DNA of 64,000 nucleotides from Fidelibacterota bacterium (GTDB taxonomy: Bacteria > Fidelibacterota > Fidelibacteria > Fidelibacterales > DSDE01): the NCBI GenBank assembly GCA_046735395.1, contig JBJKQR010000062.1, positions 103,162-167,161 of the forward strand. The letters run 5' to 3'. This document shows, in pieces, positions 1 to 9,777 of this stretch. Position 1 is the first letter of the stretch. The number at the start of each line of letters is the position of its first letter. Both the position numbers and the translations under genes were made by a program. The notes beneath the pieces are model-generated. The model was not told where the DNA came from and did no database searches. It was given only the letters and a program-made list of their open reading frames with translations.

Positions 1-897
1 ACTGTCCTGGGCGGGCTCAAGGCTGTAATTTATACCGATACGGTCCAATGGGTGGTCCTTCTGGCGGGGCTGCTTTTTTTCGGAGTTCCCTGGGCAATCA
101 AGGAAGTGGGCGGCTGGCATGCCCTGAAAGCCGGTCTGCCGCCAGAATACTTTTCACTGACCAATGTGAGCGGGATTCAGATATTGAACTGGTTTTTCAC
201 CATCATTCCCATCTGGTTCATCGCCATGACCCTGTATCAGCGGATTTATGCCGTACGGAACGAGAAGGAAGCGAAAAAAGCCTTTTATATCGCCGGGTTT
301 CTGGAATATCCCATCATGGCCTTCATCGGCGTCTTTCTCGGTATGTGCGCCCGGATTTTCTTTCCGGATGTAGAGAGCGAACTGGCCATGCCCCTCATGC
401 TGCGCGACATCCTCCCCATCGGCATCACCGGGATCGTCACCGCATCCTTTTTCTCCGCTATCATGTCCACGGCCGACAGTTGTCTCATCGCCTCCTCAGG
501 CAATTTTGTAAACGACATCATCGAACCACTCTGGCTGAAGGGGAAGAGCAACAAGACGCTGATCCGCGTATCGCAGATCGCCACCCTGGTCATCGGCGCG
601 GCCACTCTGATCATCGCATCCTCCTTCACAACTGTCCTCGAGCTGATTCTCAATGCCTACAGCTTCATGGTCGCCGGGCTATTCATCCCGACTCTCGGCG
701 CGCTTTTTCTGAAAAAGCATGATGAACCATCTGCCGTTACCGCCATGATTCTCGGCGGCGGTTTCACGCTCATCCTGATTTTTTCCGATCTCTCCATGCC
801 CTATGGACTGGATTCATCCATCGGCGGCATTCTCGTTTCGGGTCTCGTATTTTTCGGCATGAACGGACTTCGAAGCAGACGGATCCATCATGACTGA
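1..897 (+). CDS. Sodium:solute symporter (SSS family), 5'-truncated by window edge
   Basis: Frame open from base 1 (TVLGGLKAVIYTDTVQW, an SSS motif); SAIMSTADS motif; many TM segments. Confidence 0.9.
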   Translation, partial: TVLGGLKAVIYTDTVQWVVLLAGLLFFGVPWAIKEVGGWHALKAGLPPEYFSLTNVSGIQILNWFFTIIPIWFIAMTLYQRIYAVRNEKEAKKAFYIAGFLEYPIMAFIGVFLGMCARIFFPDVESELAMPLMLRDILPIGITGIVTASFFSAIMSTADSCLIASSGNFVNDIIEPLWLKGKSNKTLIRVSQIATLVIGAATLIIASSFTTVLELILNAYSFMVAGLFIPTLGALFLKKHDEPSAVTAMILGGGFTLILIFSDLSMPYGLDSSIGGILVSGLVFFGMNGLRSRRIHHD

Positions 898-1732
898 CCG
901 TATTGAGAAACTCGGCGACTCCCTTATCCATCACGGGCCGGCCAATAACCGCATCTATCTGATGAAACTCGGGAAGGATGACCCGACTAAATTGATCATG
1001 CATCTGAAATCCCTCGCGCAGAAAAATGGCTACGGAAAAATTGTGGTAAAAATTCCTGAGAGCGTATCCCCTGTCTTTATCAGGAATGGATTTGCCGCGG
1101 AGGCGTCCATACCCGGTTTTTTCCAGGGAAAGGAATCCGCCATCTTCCTGTCCCTTTTCAGGGATGAAAAACGCAGAATCCTGAGCGATCAGGAAGAAAG
1201 CGAAACACAGGCCAACCTTGAACTGGCTCAGGGCCGCAAACAGGATGAGATGCTGCCGGAGCTTTCACAGAAATTCCGGCTGAGACTCCTGGATGAATCG
1301 GATATCAACCAGCTTCAGAACCTGTATAAAATCGTTTTTCCCAGCTACCCCTTTCCCATTCACGATCCGGATTACCTCTGCGAAACCATGCAATCACATG
1401 TGAAATACTTCGGCGCCTTCTGTCAGGGAACACTGCTTGCCTGCGCGTCATCGGAGACGGATCCGGTCAATCTGAATGCTGAGATGACGGATTTTGCCAC
1501 CCATCCCGATGCAGGAGGGCAGCGCCTGGCCCTTCACCTGCTGCGGCTCATGGAGGAGACAATGGTTTCCAGCGGCTACCGTTGCCTCTACACCATTGCG
1601 CGATCTTATTCGGCTCCCATGAATATCACTTTTTCTCGGAACGGCTATTTCTATACCGGAACACTGGTGAATAATACGGATATTTTCGGAAAGATCGAAA
1701 ATATGAATGTCTGGACTAAAGCACTGACCTGA
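890..1732 (+). CDS. ablB: Putative beta-lysine N-acetyltransferase (GNAT)
   Basis: NNRIYLMKL, YGKIVVK, VFPSYPFPIHDPDY, AEMTDFAT, YTIARS, GTLVNNT...ENMNVW motifs typical of AblB; overlaps the SSS gene end. Confidence 0.85.
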   Translation: MTDRIEKLGDSLIHHGPANNRIYLMKLGKDDPTKLIMHLKSLAQKNGYGKIVVKIPESVSPVFIRNGFAAEASIPGFFQGKESAIFLSLFRDEKRRILSDQEESETQANLELAQGRKQDEMLPELSQKFRLRLLDESDINQLQNLYKIVFPSYPFPIHDPDYLCETMQSHVKYFGAFCQGTLLACASSETDPVNLNAEMTDFATHPDAGGQRLALHLLRLMEETMVSSGYRCLYTIARSYSAPMNITFSRNGYFYTGTLVNNTDIFGKIENMNVWTKALT

Positions 1733-1763
1733 CGATATCAGGTATTTAATTTTTCGCGGATAA

Positions 1764-1799
1764 ATAAAAAAGGCTGCCCGAGCGGACAGCCTTTTTTAT
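1764..1799. terminator. Bidirectional intrinsic terminator
   Basis: Perfect 13-bp inverted repeat ATAAAAAAGGCTG...CAGCCTTTTTTAT between convergent genes. Confidence 0.85.
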
Positions 1800-1816
1800 G
1801 AAGGTCTGAAATTCGG

Positions 1817-3484
1817 TTATTTCAGATAATTCATGGTGCGTGCCAGCTTCTGGGTCGGAGTTTCCATCCTGTAGATGTAGACACCGGAAGCAACGCGTTC
1901 GCCGGCAGCATTGGTTCCATTCCAGACAATGCTGTGTTCACCCGCGTCGGTGAGTGTGTTCATCAGCGTGGAGATCAGCTTGCCGTTCAGGTCAAATACG
2001 CGCAGTGTGACGTTTTCACGCGTGGGAATGGCAAAGCTGATGGTCGTAGTGGGGTTGAAGGGATTGGGGAAATTCTGTGAGAGTCTGTAGCCGGCCGCAA
2101 CCGTATTATCCACGGAGCGGATAGCAGTCATGGGGTCCGTATTGGGTGAATCAAGGAAGATAATGGGGGCGGACATATTTCCGGCATTCCCATCAATCGT
2201 AACGGACACATTCCACATGGATGTATACGCCACTTCCTGACCCATATCGTCATCGATATTGGCGATCTGGATCCGGTTCCAGCATCCACCATCGGTGGGG
2301 TAATCGTAGACTTTATAAGCCGAATCGATCACGGTCAGTTCCCAACTGTTCGGATCAGTAATGGCTCCGCCCTGATATTCAAAGCGGAAGATCATGCCGT
2401 TCGGAGGGCCGCTGAGATAGGATCCGAATACGAAGTCGATCTTCCCATCCGCATCAATATCACCCTGGGCACCACCGAGCATACGGCCGCCGTTCAGCAG
2501 GTCAGGCGTATTGAGATTCACCAGCGGAGTACGTTTCAGCGTGTCACCGTCTTCCTGAAAAATATAGATCTGACGGGTAGCATCGCCATAGCGATATTCA
2601 CCGGTAAACATTTCCTCAGTTCCATCTCCGTCCACGTCAGCAACCTGGACGGCATCCCAGCTGATTCCGCCGGGCATGGGGGACAGGCTTGTTCTGGTAT
2701 AGGCAGATCCGTCCCAGGAAATTTTGGCAATCTCTGTTTCATCAAAGAAGTAGGCATTTCCGCCCATGACAGCCACATCCCATTTGTTTTCACCGAGAAC
2801 ATCAGAATATTCCGTAGTCCAGGTTTCGCTTTCATCGCCGTTATCCGGGATATTATCAACCGAGGCAACCAGAATTCTCGGGCCATCGGTTCTGCCGGCC
2901 ATCAGAATTTCCTTTGTACCGTCATTATCGATATCCGCGAATTTCCAGGAAACAGGACGGATATTCGCATTGTCTGCATCGGTGATCGTCCAGTAGGCAT
3001 TCGGCCAGGATTCACCGGAGATCTCAACACCCATGTCATCTCCTGTACCCTGTTCGTAAACAAGAATTCTTGCAGGATTTGCGTTGGTCTGGATGTTATT
3101 CGGGATTCCCCACCAGATTTCCATTTTACCATCACCGTCAACATCCTCTACACTCAGCGGATTATAGGAATTCTGGGCTTCCACAATATCAGCAGGAGCA
3201 GTTTTTTCCCAGACCTTTACCCATCCATCCGCTGTTTTTTCGAATTTGTACAGGCGCGGTACAATTTCACCTGGCGTATCATTCCAGTTGTGATTGACCA
3301 TGTACAGATCCATCAGACCATCTCCGTCGCAGTCCACATTGGTGACAAAATTACCGATACCCCCATTGTTCGGGCCCGAGGAAGCCCAACCAGGGATAAA
3401 TAGGGTATCCATCACCGAAAACGTCCCCGCATTCAGGACAGAAACCGCCATAATCGCTGCAAGCACAAATAACACTTTTTTCAT
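1817..3484 (-). CDS. Secreted FG-GAP/VCBS-repeat protein with C-terminal FlgD-Ig/T9SS type A sorting domain
   Basis: Signal peptide; repeated DxDGDG motifs (DCDGDG, DVDGDG, DIDNDG, DIDADG); C-terminal LSQNFPNPFNPTTTISF...ASGVYIYRM...YLK. Confidence 0.85.
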   Translation of the reverse strand: MKKVLFVLAAIMAVSVLNAGTFSVMDTLFIPGWASSGPNNGGIGNFVTNVDCDGDGLMDLYMVNHNWNDTPGEIVPRLYKFEKTADGWVKVWEKTAPADIVEAQNSYNPLSVEDVDGDGKMEIWWGIPNNIQTNANPARILVYEQGTGDDMGVEISGESWPNAYWTITDADNANIRPVSWKFADIDNDGTKEILMAGRTDGPRILVASVDNIPDNGDESETWTTEYSDVLGENKWDVAVMGGNAYFFDETEIAKISWDGSAYTRTSLSPMPGGISWDAVQVADVDGDGTEEMFTGEYRYGDATRQIYIFQEDGDTLKRTPLVNLNTPDLLNGGRMLGGAQGDIDADGKIDFVFGSYLSGPPNGMIFRFEYQGGAITDPNSWELTVIDSAYKVYDYPTDGGCWNRIQIANIDDDMGQEVAYTSMWNVSVTIDGNAGNMSAPIIFLDSPNTDPMTAIRSVDNTVAAGYRLSQNFPNPFNPTTTISFAIPTRENVTLRVFDLNGKLISTLMNTLTDAGEHSIVWNGTNAAGERVASGVYIYRMETPTQKLARTMNYLK

Positions 3485-3523
3485 GCTCTTTCCTTTCCTT
3501 TTATGATTTCCTTACCCTGTATC

Positions 3524-4486
3524 TTAGAAATTAAAACACAGGCTGAATCTATGTCGTCCACCGAAGTAGTCCATAGTATTAAAGGCATAATCGATGGAAA
3601 ATTTCGATAATGAAACACCACCCCCGAAGGTCAGCCCGTAAATATCCGTTCCGAACTGGAATCCGCTTCGAAGGAAGAAATTTTTCATATAATTCAGTTC
3701 AACACCGGCTCCATACAGTTCATTGGCATTATTGGAATGAATCATATCCAGGGCGGCAGTAACTGTCATATCCTTTGTATCATAGACGTCCATACTGATT
3801 CCTGTTCTGAAAGTCATGGGCAGAGGCCAGCTTTCGAAAGCGGAGGAATCGTTCGTGGCATATTTCACCGCATCGGAATAATTCAGAAACTTCCCGCTGA
3901 ATGTCGCTTCCTTTGAAAAGTGAAGAATGCTCATGGCAATCCGGATATTTTTATACCCGGTCCGATACATGGTTCCCATATCGTAGGCGATCTGTGAATA
4001 GCCGCTCCCGTCGAAGCTTTCGCTCACATTTTTTATGGTGGCGCCGATGGAGAATTTGTTCGTCAGATAGCGGGAATAGCTCAGGCCGATGCTGTAGGAT
4101 GACATGGAGAAGTAATCATCGCCAAAGGGCAGATCCGGTGTGGTCCGCAGTTCGTCTCCATAATTCACATATACGGCGCTGATGGATACGGCAGACGCCG
4201 CATTCAATTTATAGGCAGCCCCGAGTGAACCGAGAGAGATGTCGGCAGGCCATTTCAGATAACTGACATAAGTATCGAATCTGCTGTTATCCTTAAAATC
4301 CACGAGCCCTGCCGGATTGATCAGCACGGCACCGGCACCGCCGACCAGAGATGTGGCCGCATTGCCCATTGCCATATTCCGGGTCTGCATATTAATATCC
4401 AGGAACTGTCCCGTTGCGGTTCCGACCGGAGAAGAAGCGGACAGAACTGCAAATGACAGAAATATGATTGTAAGTATTTTTTTCAT
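3524..4486 (-). CDS. PorV/PorQ-family (UPF0164-like) outer-membrane barrel
   Basis: Signal peptide; GQFLDI...RNMAMGNA...INPAGL N-terminal motif; LPMTFRTG; terminal aromatic residue; RBS-supported ATG at 4486. Confidence 0.8.
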   Translation of the reverse strand: MKKILTIIFLSFAVLSASSPVGTATGQFLDINMQTRNMAMGNAATSLVGGAGAVLINPAGLVDFKDNSRFDTYVSYLKWPADISLGSLGAAYKLNAASAVSISAVYVNYGDELRTTPDLPFGDDYFSMSSYSIGLSYSRYLTNKFSIGATIKNVSESFDGSGYSQIAYDMGTMYRTGYKNIRIAMSILHFSKEATFSGKFLNYSDAVKYATNDSSAFESWPLPMTFRTGISMDVYDTKDMTVTAALDMIHSNNANELYGAGVELNYMKNFFLRSGFQFGTDIYGLTFGGGVSLSKFSIDYAFNTMDYFGGRHRFSLCFNF

Positions 4487-4500
4487 TTTATCATCCACCT

Positions 4501-6561
4501 CTACTTTAAGATCACGAATTTACCGACTTTCTCTCCCATCTCAGATGTAACGTGGTAGAGATAGATACCGGGTGCAACCTCCCGGTTATTTCTGCTGATC
4601 AGATCCCACTCCGCTGTGGCGGCATTCGTCTGAGCAGCATTTTCAATGGCCCGTACATCACTGGGACGGATGGTCTGAACCAGATCACCATCCAGAGTGA
4701 AGATCCGGACGATGGCATCTTCGGGCAGATTAATAAAGAAGAGCCGGTCCTTCCAGGGACTGGAGGGCGCCGGTGTCCGGTTATTCCAGCGTACGGATCC
4801 TCGGAAGGGATTGGGAACGACCCGGATTTCATCCATGGTGTTCACGACCGCTTTTCCCGTCGCCGTGATAAAATCCGAGCTGACAACTTCCACATCGTAG
4901 TATTTGTCGGAATGGCCCTTGACGAACAGATTGAAGGTATAATCATATCCGAATTGAATTTCCGCATCATAATATCCCAGCAGGCCATTGGTGGACGCGT
5001 CAAGCAATGCCTGAGCCTGCGTCCCGTCCAGGACCATCAGTGTATCGTAAATCGGGAATCCTGCCGCAGTCCGTTCCTTGAATTTGGCCAGCACAAATTC
5101 CTGAAAATTCGGATGATTCAATGCGGGCGCCGGATCCCAGCTGATATTCGCGCCCTTGAAGTTTCCTTCATCATCTTCAACCGCATCAATCGTGATCTCA
5201 GTCTTGGGAGGAATTTCATTCACGTCAATCTGGTAATCTTCATCTACAATGAATTTAGCCACATCCATATTTTCAAGCAGCTGCGTGAAGGAGTAGATAC
5301 CGGCTCTCTGCGCATCGGCTGACACACCCACCGCAAACACAACTTCAATGCTGTCTCCGTAGGCCAGCGTTTCCACAGGACCGTAGGTCGTAATTGCCCT
5401 GTAATCACCTTCATTCACTTTTCCGTTTCCGAAAGGCGGGGACGGATTCTTTAATAGTTTATCAAATGCCTTATCCCCTGTCTTCCCGATGGCATTCGTC
5501 CACTGGGCGTCATCATCCGAAAAATCCATTCCGATTTTACTCGTTGTGTAGGACCGGGGTTTCATCAGGGGATTGGTTCTCAGCATCTTCATGGCCAGAA
5601 TACCCGGCGTCTGGTAAATCCCGGTGGGATTGGGATTACCGAAATCATCGTCAGGATGGGCATAGAGATAGGAACCGGAAACGGTGCCGCGGTTCAGCAA
5701 ACTGGTATCCACTTCGCTGGGCACACCCGAATAATCACCATCAAACATGATCGTCAGGGTGGAATCCCCGACCCAATTCTGAATGTAATCCCATACTGCC
5801 GGATCGCTGTTTATCTGATACTGCATGTAGGGGAACAGTTTCAATTCGTCCCAGTCGGTCTTACCGGCAGTGGTTGTATGAGTCAGACACATGGCATGAT
5901 CATCACGGTTGGAAAAATTGGATTCGGTGGGCCAGGTCAGCAATTTGCTCACATCGCCATCCATGCGAAAGGTGAAGAATACATCCTTCAGATCGGATGT
6001 ATCATCCACGATCCCGTCTCCGGTCGTGTCCACACCGACATTCTTCAGATAATAGCGATACAGGATAAAATCATCGGCAAAGGAAACACCGTAGGCATAG
6101 GTATGCTGCGTCACTTCCAGTCCGAGTGGGATGTGGGCGTCACTGACTTTAATCGCATCGGTAAATTTCGTCCAGCTATGCTCGGCCAGATCACCCAGGA
6201 AGGTTTCCTTATGCACTTCATCAAGGGGTGTGAATTCCTTATCCTCCGTCGTGCTGGTACCCCGGATTCCGTTCCGCGTGCCGGTCAGCCACAGGGAGCC
6301 ACGGTACAGATAGGAGTTTCCTGATCCACCGGGCCAGTCTGCTGACGGCGTCCGGCCTTCATAAGTATCGTCTCCGATCATGGAAAAATTTGTAATCCGC
6401 ATCCACAGGGTACCGATCTTGTGCCAGTCCATATCAATGGGTACGGCGGCAGATGCTTTTTTCAGGGTGCGGCCAGCGGATTCCATGATTACCGGATTTC
6501 CCGCGGCAATCATCAGAATCATAAACACCGGCAATATGTAAATAATGTATTTCTTCTTCAT
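4501..6561 (-). CDS. Secreted protein with C-terminal T9SS-like sorting domain
   Basis: Signal peptide; WPGGSGNSYLY motif; C-terminal IRVVPNPF...FINLP...RIFTLDGDLV...WDL...APGIYLYHV...GKFVILK. Confidence 0.7.
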   Translation of the reverse strand: MKKKYIIYILPVFMILMIAAGNPVIMESAGRTLKKASAAVPIDMDWHKIGTLWMRITNFSMIGDDTYEGRTPSADWPGGSGNSYLYRGSLWLTGTRNGIRGTSTTEDKEFTPLDEVHKETFLGDLAEHSWTKFTDAIKVSDAHIPLGLEVTQHTYAYGVSFADDFILYRYYLKNVGVDTTGDGIVDDTSDLKDVFFTFRMDGDVSKLLTWPTESNFSNRDDHAMCLTHTTTAGKTDWDELKLFPYMQYQINSDPAVWDYIQNWVGDSTLTIMFDGDYSGVPSEVDTSLLNRGTVSGSYLYAHPDDDFGNPNPTGIYQTPGILAMKMLRTNPLMKPRSYTTSKIGMDFSDDDAQWTNAIGKTGDKAFDKLLKNPSPPFGNGKVNEGDYRAITTYGPVETLAYGDSIEVVFAVGVSADAQRAGIYSFTQLLENMDVAKFIVDEDYQIDVNEIPPKTEITIDAVEDDEGNFKGANISWDPAPALNHPNFQEFVLAKFKERTAAGFPIYDTLMVLDGTQAQALLDASTNGLLGYYDAEIQFGYDYTFNLFVKGHSDKYYDVEVVSSDFITATGKAVVNTMDEIRVVPNPFRGSVRWNNRTPAPSSPWKDRLFFINLPEDAIVRIFTLDGDLVQTIRPSDVRAIENAAQTNAATAEWDLISRNNREVAPGIYLYHVTSEMGEKVGKFVILK

Positions 6562-6583
6562 TCGTATCTCCTGTATCCGCGAC

Positions 6584-9412
6584 TTAAAAGTTTATTGACA
6601 AACCCAGCTTGAACTGGCGTTTCGAAGGATACACCTGAGGTGTTCTGATCAGTTCATTTGTTTCCTCAACCTTGTAAATCACATCGGGGAATCCCGTAAG
6701 TCCATATTGTTCAACATTCTGGATATACGAGAATTTTCCATTTCCACCCAGATTAAACACGTCCAGATTCAAGGTGAGCGAAACAGATTTGAGATTGAAT
6801 CTCCGGCTGATTCTCATATCGATATTATTGTAATCCGGCAGTCTCTGATCATTATACGCACCCTGTATCCCAAAGCTCGTATAGGGTTTTCCCGTGCCGT
6901 ATTCACATTGAAAATTGGCGATCCAGTCTCGGGTCAGCGCTTCGAATCCGGGAATTCCCTTGTTTGAATACAGGCCGAAGTTTACATTGGCGGAGATCCG
7001 TCTGTCAAAACTCAGATAGTACATTTTCTTGTCATAGGGGAAGAGCTGATGTGATCCTGCTGACGAAGAGCGTCCTTTGGCGATGGAATAGGAAACATTC
7101 CCCTGCAGGCTCCAGAAACCGCTGCGCAGACGCTTCACTGCCAGTTCGGCCCCCTTGATATTGGCGTAATCGCCATTGACATATTTATGAACTTCCGTTC
7201 CGTCCGGGAAGACAAACAATTCATTATTCACCAGATTCGTCACATCCTTGAAATATCCGGTAACGGACATCTTGAGATTTTTTGTAAAGAGGTGTTCAAA
7301 TGAAATATCGTAAGCGACGGTTTTTTCCGGCTGCAGGGCAGGATTACCCACCCAGTTCCCGGTCTTCGTCAGACTCTGGTACTGATAATTGGCAAACAGG
7401 TACATACCGTCCGGCCTCTGAAAATAATGGCCATAGGAAAAGAAGAGGATATCACGGTCAGAAATGGGGTGGGATATCCCGATGCGGGGTGAAAACTGCC
7501 ATGAGGGCTTTGCTTCCTTCGCATCATTGAAAAGGGCAAAATCATTGGCATCATGGCCGGCCAGAGGATTGTCCATATTTCCCGGATAAAGGACCGGCTT
7601 GCCCGTCCCATTGGGATTGAAGTAATCATAACGCAGTCCCACCAGTGCAACGAAATCATCCCGGAATTCCATCTTATCCTGGACATAGGCTCCGAAATCG
7701 TCGTCGTTCTTGTTCCAGATATCCTTCCGCAGGGAATTCAGTGCAAATCCCGCTTCATCGGACACGGAAGACCAATAGATATCCGTGACATCGGTCCCGT
7801 TCAGATTGTACTGAAATCCTGTCTTCAGCATGTGGTTCTGAGAAACCTGTGAAGTGAGATCCCATTTCAGCAGGAAGGTGTTGACCTTCTGGTTTGTATA
7901 GGAATTATCATCACCGATCAGCCACCAGAAATCCTCATTCTCCAATACCCGCTTTTCCGGCCGGGGCCCGGGTACTGACGGATCCCACTGCAGATATTCA
8001 TCCGTGTTTCCGTCCCCGTCCCGGTCCTGATAATCTTTCATCCCGTTTTTATAGGAGGATTTAAAGAATTGAGTCCGCAATTCCATAAAAGTTCTCGCTG
8101 AGAAGGTGTAGGTCAGAATCCCGTACAGCGTGCTGCTTTCCTTGGTTCGGGTCGTAAGATGATTCAGCGGTGTATCCAGATAAATATCCCTATGATAATT
8201 CACAGCCACCGTATCCGAATCATTCAGTCCGATGGTATAGGGCTCAGCCAGGCTGTCAATCACACCACTCAGGTAATCGGAGGGATTGTCCACATAGTGA
8301 TATCGCGTCAGTGTATCGTTCGTGGCGCTCAGATCCTGAACGAATTCGTACAGATCTGTCTGAAAATCCGGCCCCGGGCCGAATTTGGCCGCCGGAAAAT
8401 AAAAATTGTCCCAGTCCCGCTTTGAATAATTGGATCCCACTGCCAGTTTCATCTTATCCGAAATCTTCCAGGCAACTTTTCCCTGATAGTTCTGGGACGC
8501 TTCCTGCTGATGCAGATAATTTCCCTGTTTACGGTTGAAGATATCACCTGAAACGGCAAAGGTCATGGAAGGCAGAATGGGCCCGCTCAGACTGAAACGA
8601 TAATTATTATCCAGCCGCTGCTGGTATTTGGCGTCCAGCCACCAGTCATTCTTGGGCATGAGTGTTTCGGTCAGAGGACCAAAATCCGTTGTCGTCGCGT
8701 AGAGCGAACCGGAGAATTTCTGCGATCCTTCCTTCATGGCCAGATTCAGCACACCGGACTGCACATTGCCGTATTCGGCGCTGAATCCGCCCAGAGAGAC
8801 TTCCATCTCCTTAACGGCATCTTTCGGGACTCCCAGAGAAAAGCCTCCCAGATCCCCGACATAGGCAGCAGAAGGATCACGAACCGGAATACCGTCAATG
8901 ACAACCAGCACTTCATCACTGCGGCCGCCACGAAAATTATTCCCCACCACACCGGCCTGATTCTGGGCGATGCCGATCACATTTTCAATCGGCTGTATTT
9001 CCATCTCCTCGGACGACACAATATGCTTGGACGAAAATTCATCCTGATTCAGAAGCGGCCGTTCGGCCACAACCACAATATCCTCTCCGGTCGACAGCAC
9101 TTCCGGCTGCAGGATCAGATCCTGATAGGTCGTCAGGTCTATGGACACAAAAATATTCTCCACCGTCACCGTCGTGAATCCGATATAGGTCACTTTCATG
9201 GTATAAAGTCCGGGCGGAATATTCAGAATGGCGTAATATCCGTCGGCGTTCGTGGATGCTCCGATCTCACTTCCTTCCAGATAAACGTTCACGCCGGCAA
9301 GCGGTGCTCCGTTATTATCGAGAATAGTCCCCACAATCTTCCCGCTTGTGCCGCCGAAAACGACTCCCGACGTCACCATAAGCAGCAGGCATAATGTGAT
9401 CAATTTCTTCAT
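6584..9412 (-). CDS. TonB-dependent receptor with N-terminal carboxypeptidase-regulatory-like domain
   Basis: GKIVG...PLAGVNV...GYYAILNIPPGLY; plug motifs RGGRSDE, GGFSAEYGN; SPRIGISHP; GNPALQPEKT; terminal F. Confidence 0.9.
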   Translation of the reverse strand: MKKLITLCLLLMVTSGVVFGGTSGKIVGTILDNNGAPLAGVNVYLEGSEIGASTNADGYYAILNIPPGLYTMKVTYIGFTTVTVENIFVSIDLTTYQDLILQPEVLSTGEDIVVVAERPLLNQDEFSSKHIVSSEEMEIQPIENVIGIAQNQAGVVGNNFRGGRSDEVLVVIDGIPVRDPSAAYVGDLGGFSLGVPKDAVKEMEVSLGGFSAEYGNVQSGVLNLAMKEGSQKFSGSLYATTTDFGPLTETLMPKNDWWLDAKYQQRLDNNYRFSLSGPILPSMTFAVSGDIFNRKQGNYLHQQEASQNYQGKVAWKISDKMKLAVGSNYSKRDWDNFYFPAAKFGPGPDFQTDLYEFVQDLSATNDTLTRYHYVDNPSDYLSGVIDSLAEPYTIGLNDSDTVAVNYHRDIYLDTPLNHLTTRTKESSTLYGILTYTFSARTFMELRTQFFKSSYKNGMKDYQDRDGDGNTDEYLQWDPSVPGPRPEKRVLENEDFWWLIGDDNSYTNQKVNTFLLKWDLTSQVSQNHMLKTGFQYNLNGTDVTDIYWSSVSDEAGFALNSLRKDIWNKNDDDFGAYVQDKMEFRDDFVALVGLRYDYFNPNGTGKPVLYPGNMDNPLAGHDANDFALFNDAKEAKPSWQFSPRIGISHPISDRDILFFSYGHYFQRPDGMYLFANYQYQSLTKTGNWVGNPALQPEKTVAYDISFEHLFTKNLKMSVTGYFKDVTNLVNNELFVFPDGTEVHKYVNGDYANIKGAELAVKRLRSGFWSLQGNVSYSIAKGRSSSAGSHQLFPYDKKMYYLSFDRRISANVNFGLYSNKGIPGFEALTRDWIANFQCEYGTGKPYTSFGIQGAYNDQRLPDYNNIDMRISRRFNLKSVSLTLNLDVFNLGGNGKFSYIQNVEQYGLTGFPDVIYKVEETNELIRTPQVYPSKRQFKLGLSINF

Positions 9413-9777
9413 AAATTTCTCTCCTGACCTGTCTTCTATGATTATTTTACTATAACAATTCCGTATGCCGCAGCATGAAGTCAGTATAGTTAGTTCTCAT
9501 ATCTTACTAATACTAAATCTATTTATATGAAAATGCAAGTCTAAATTCCTGTTTTTTTACTAAGAATCGTGGTTGGGGCAGAGAATGACGAGTTCTGGTT
9601 TTTTTCTTTATGGAAAAGGCTTCACAGGTCCCGGATGAAAGGTAGACACGGCCGTTATGAGCCGAAAAAACGGGGTCTGTCGCAACCCATTTTTTCCATG
9701 GCGGAAAGCGGGTGAAATTTCTACATTGTCTCACAGATGAATTCAGATTTAACCGTTCATCGAGAAAGGAAACCACA

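Noticed and set aside
9413..9777. Riboswitch in the 365-nt divergent region between the TonB receptor and hppA
   Set aside because: No cobalamin, TPP or sodium riboswitch consensus recognisable by eye; needs an Rfam scan.
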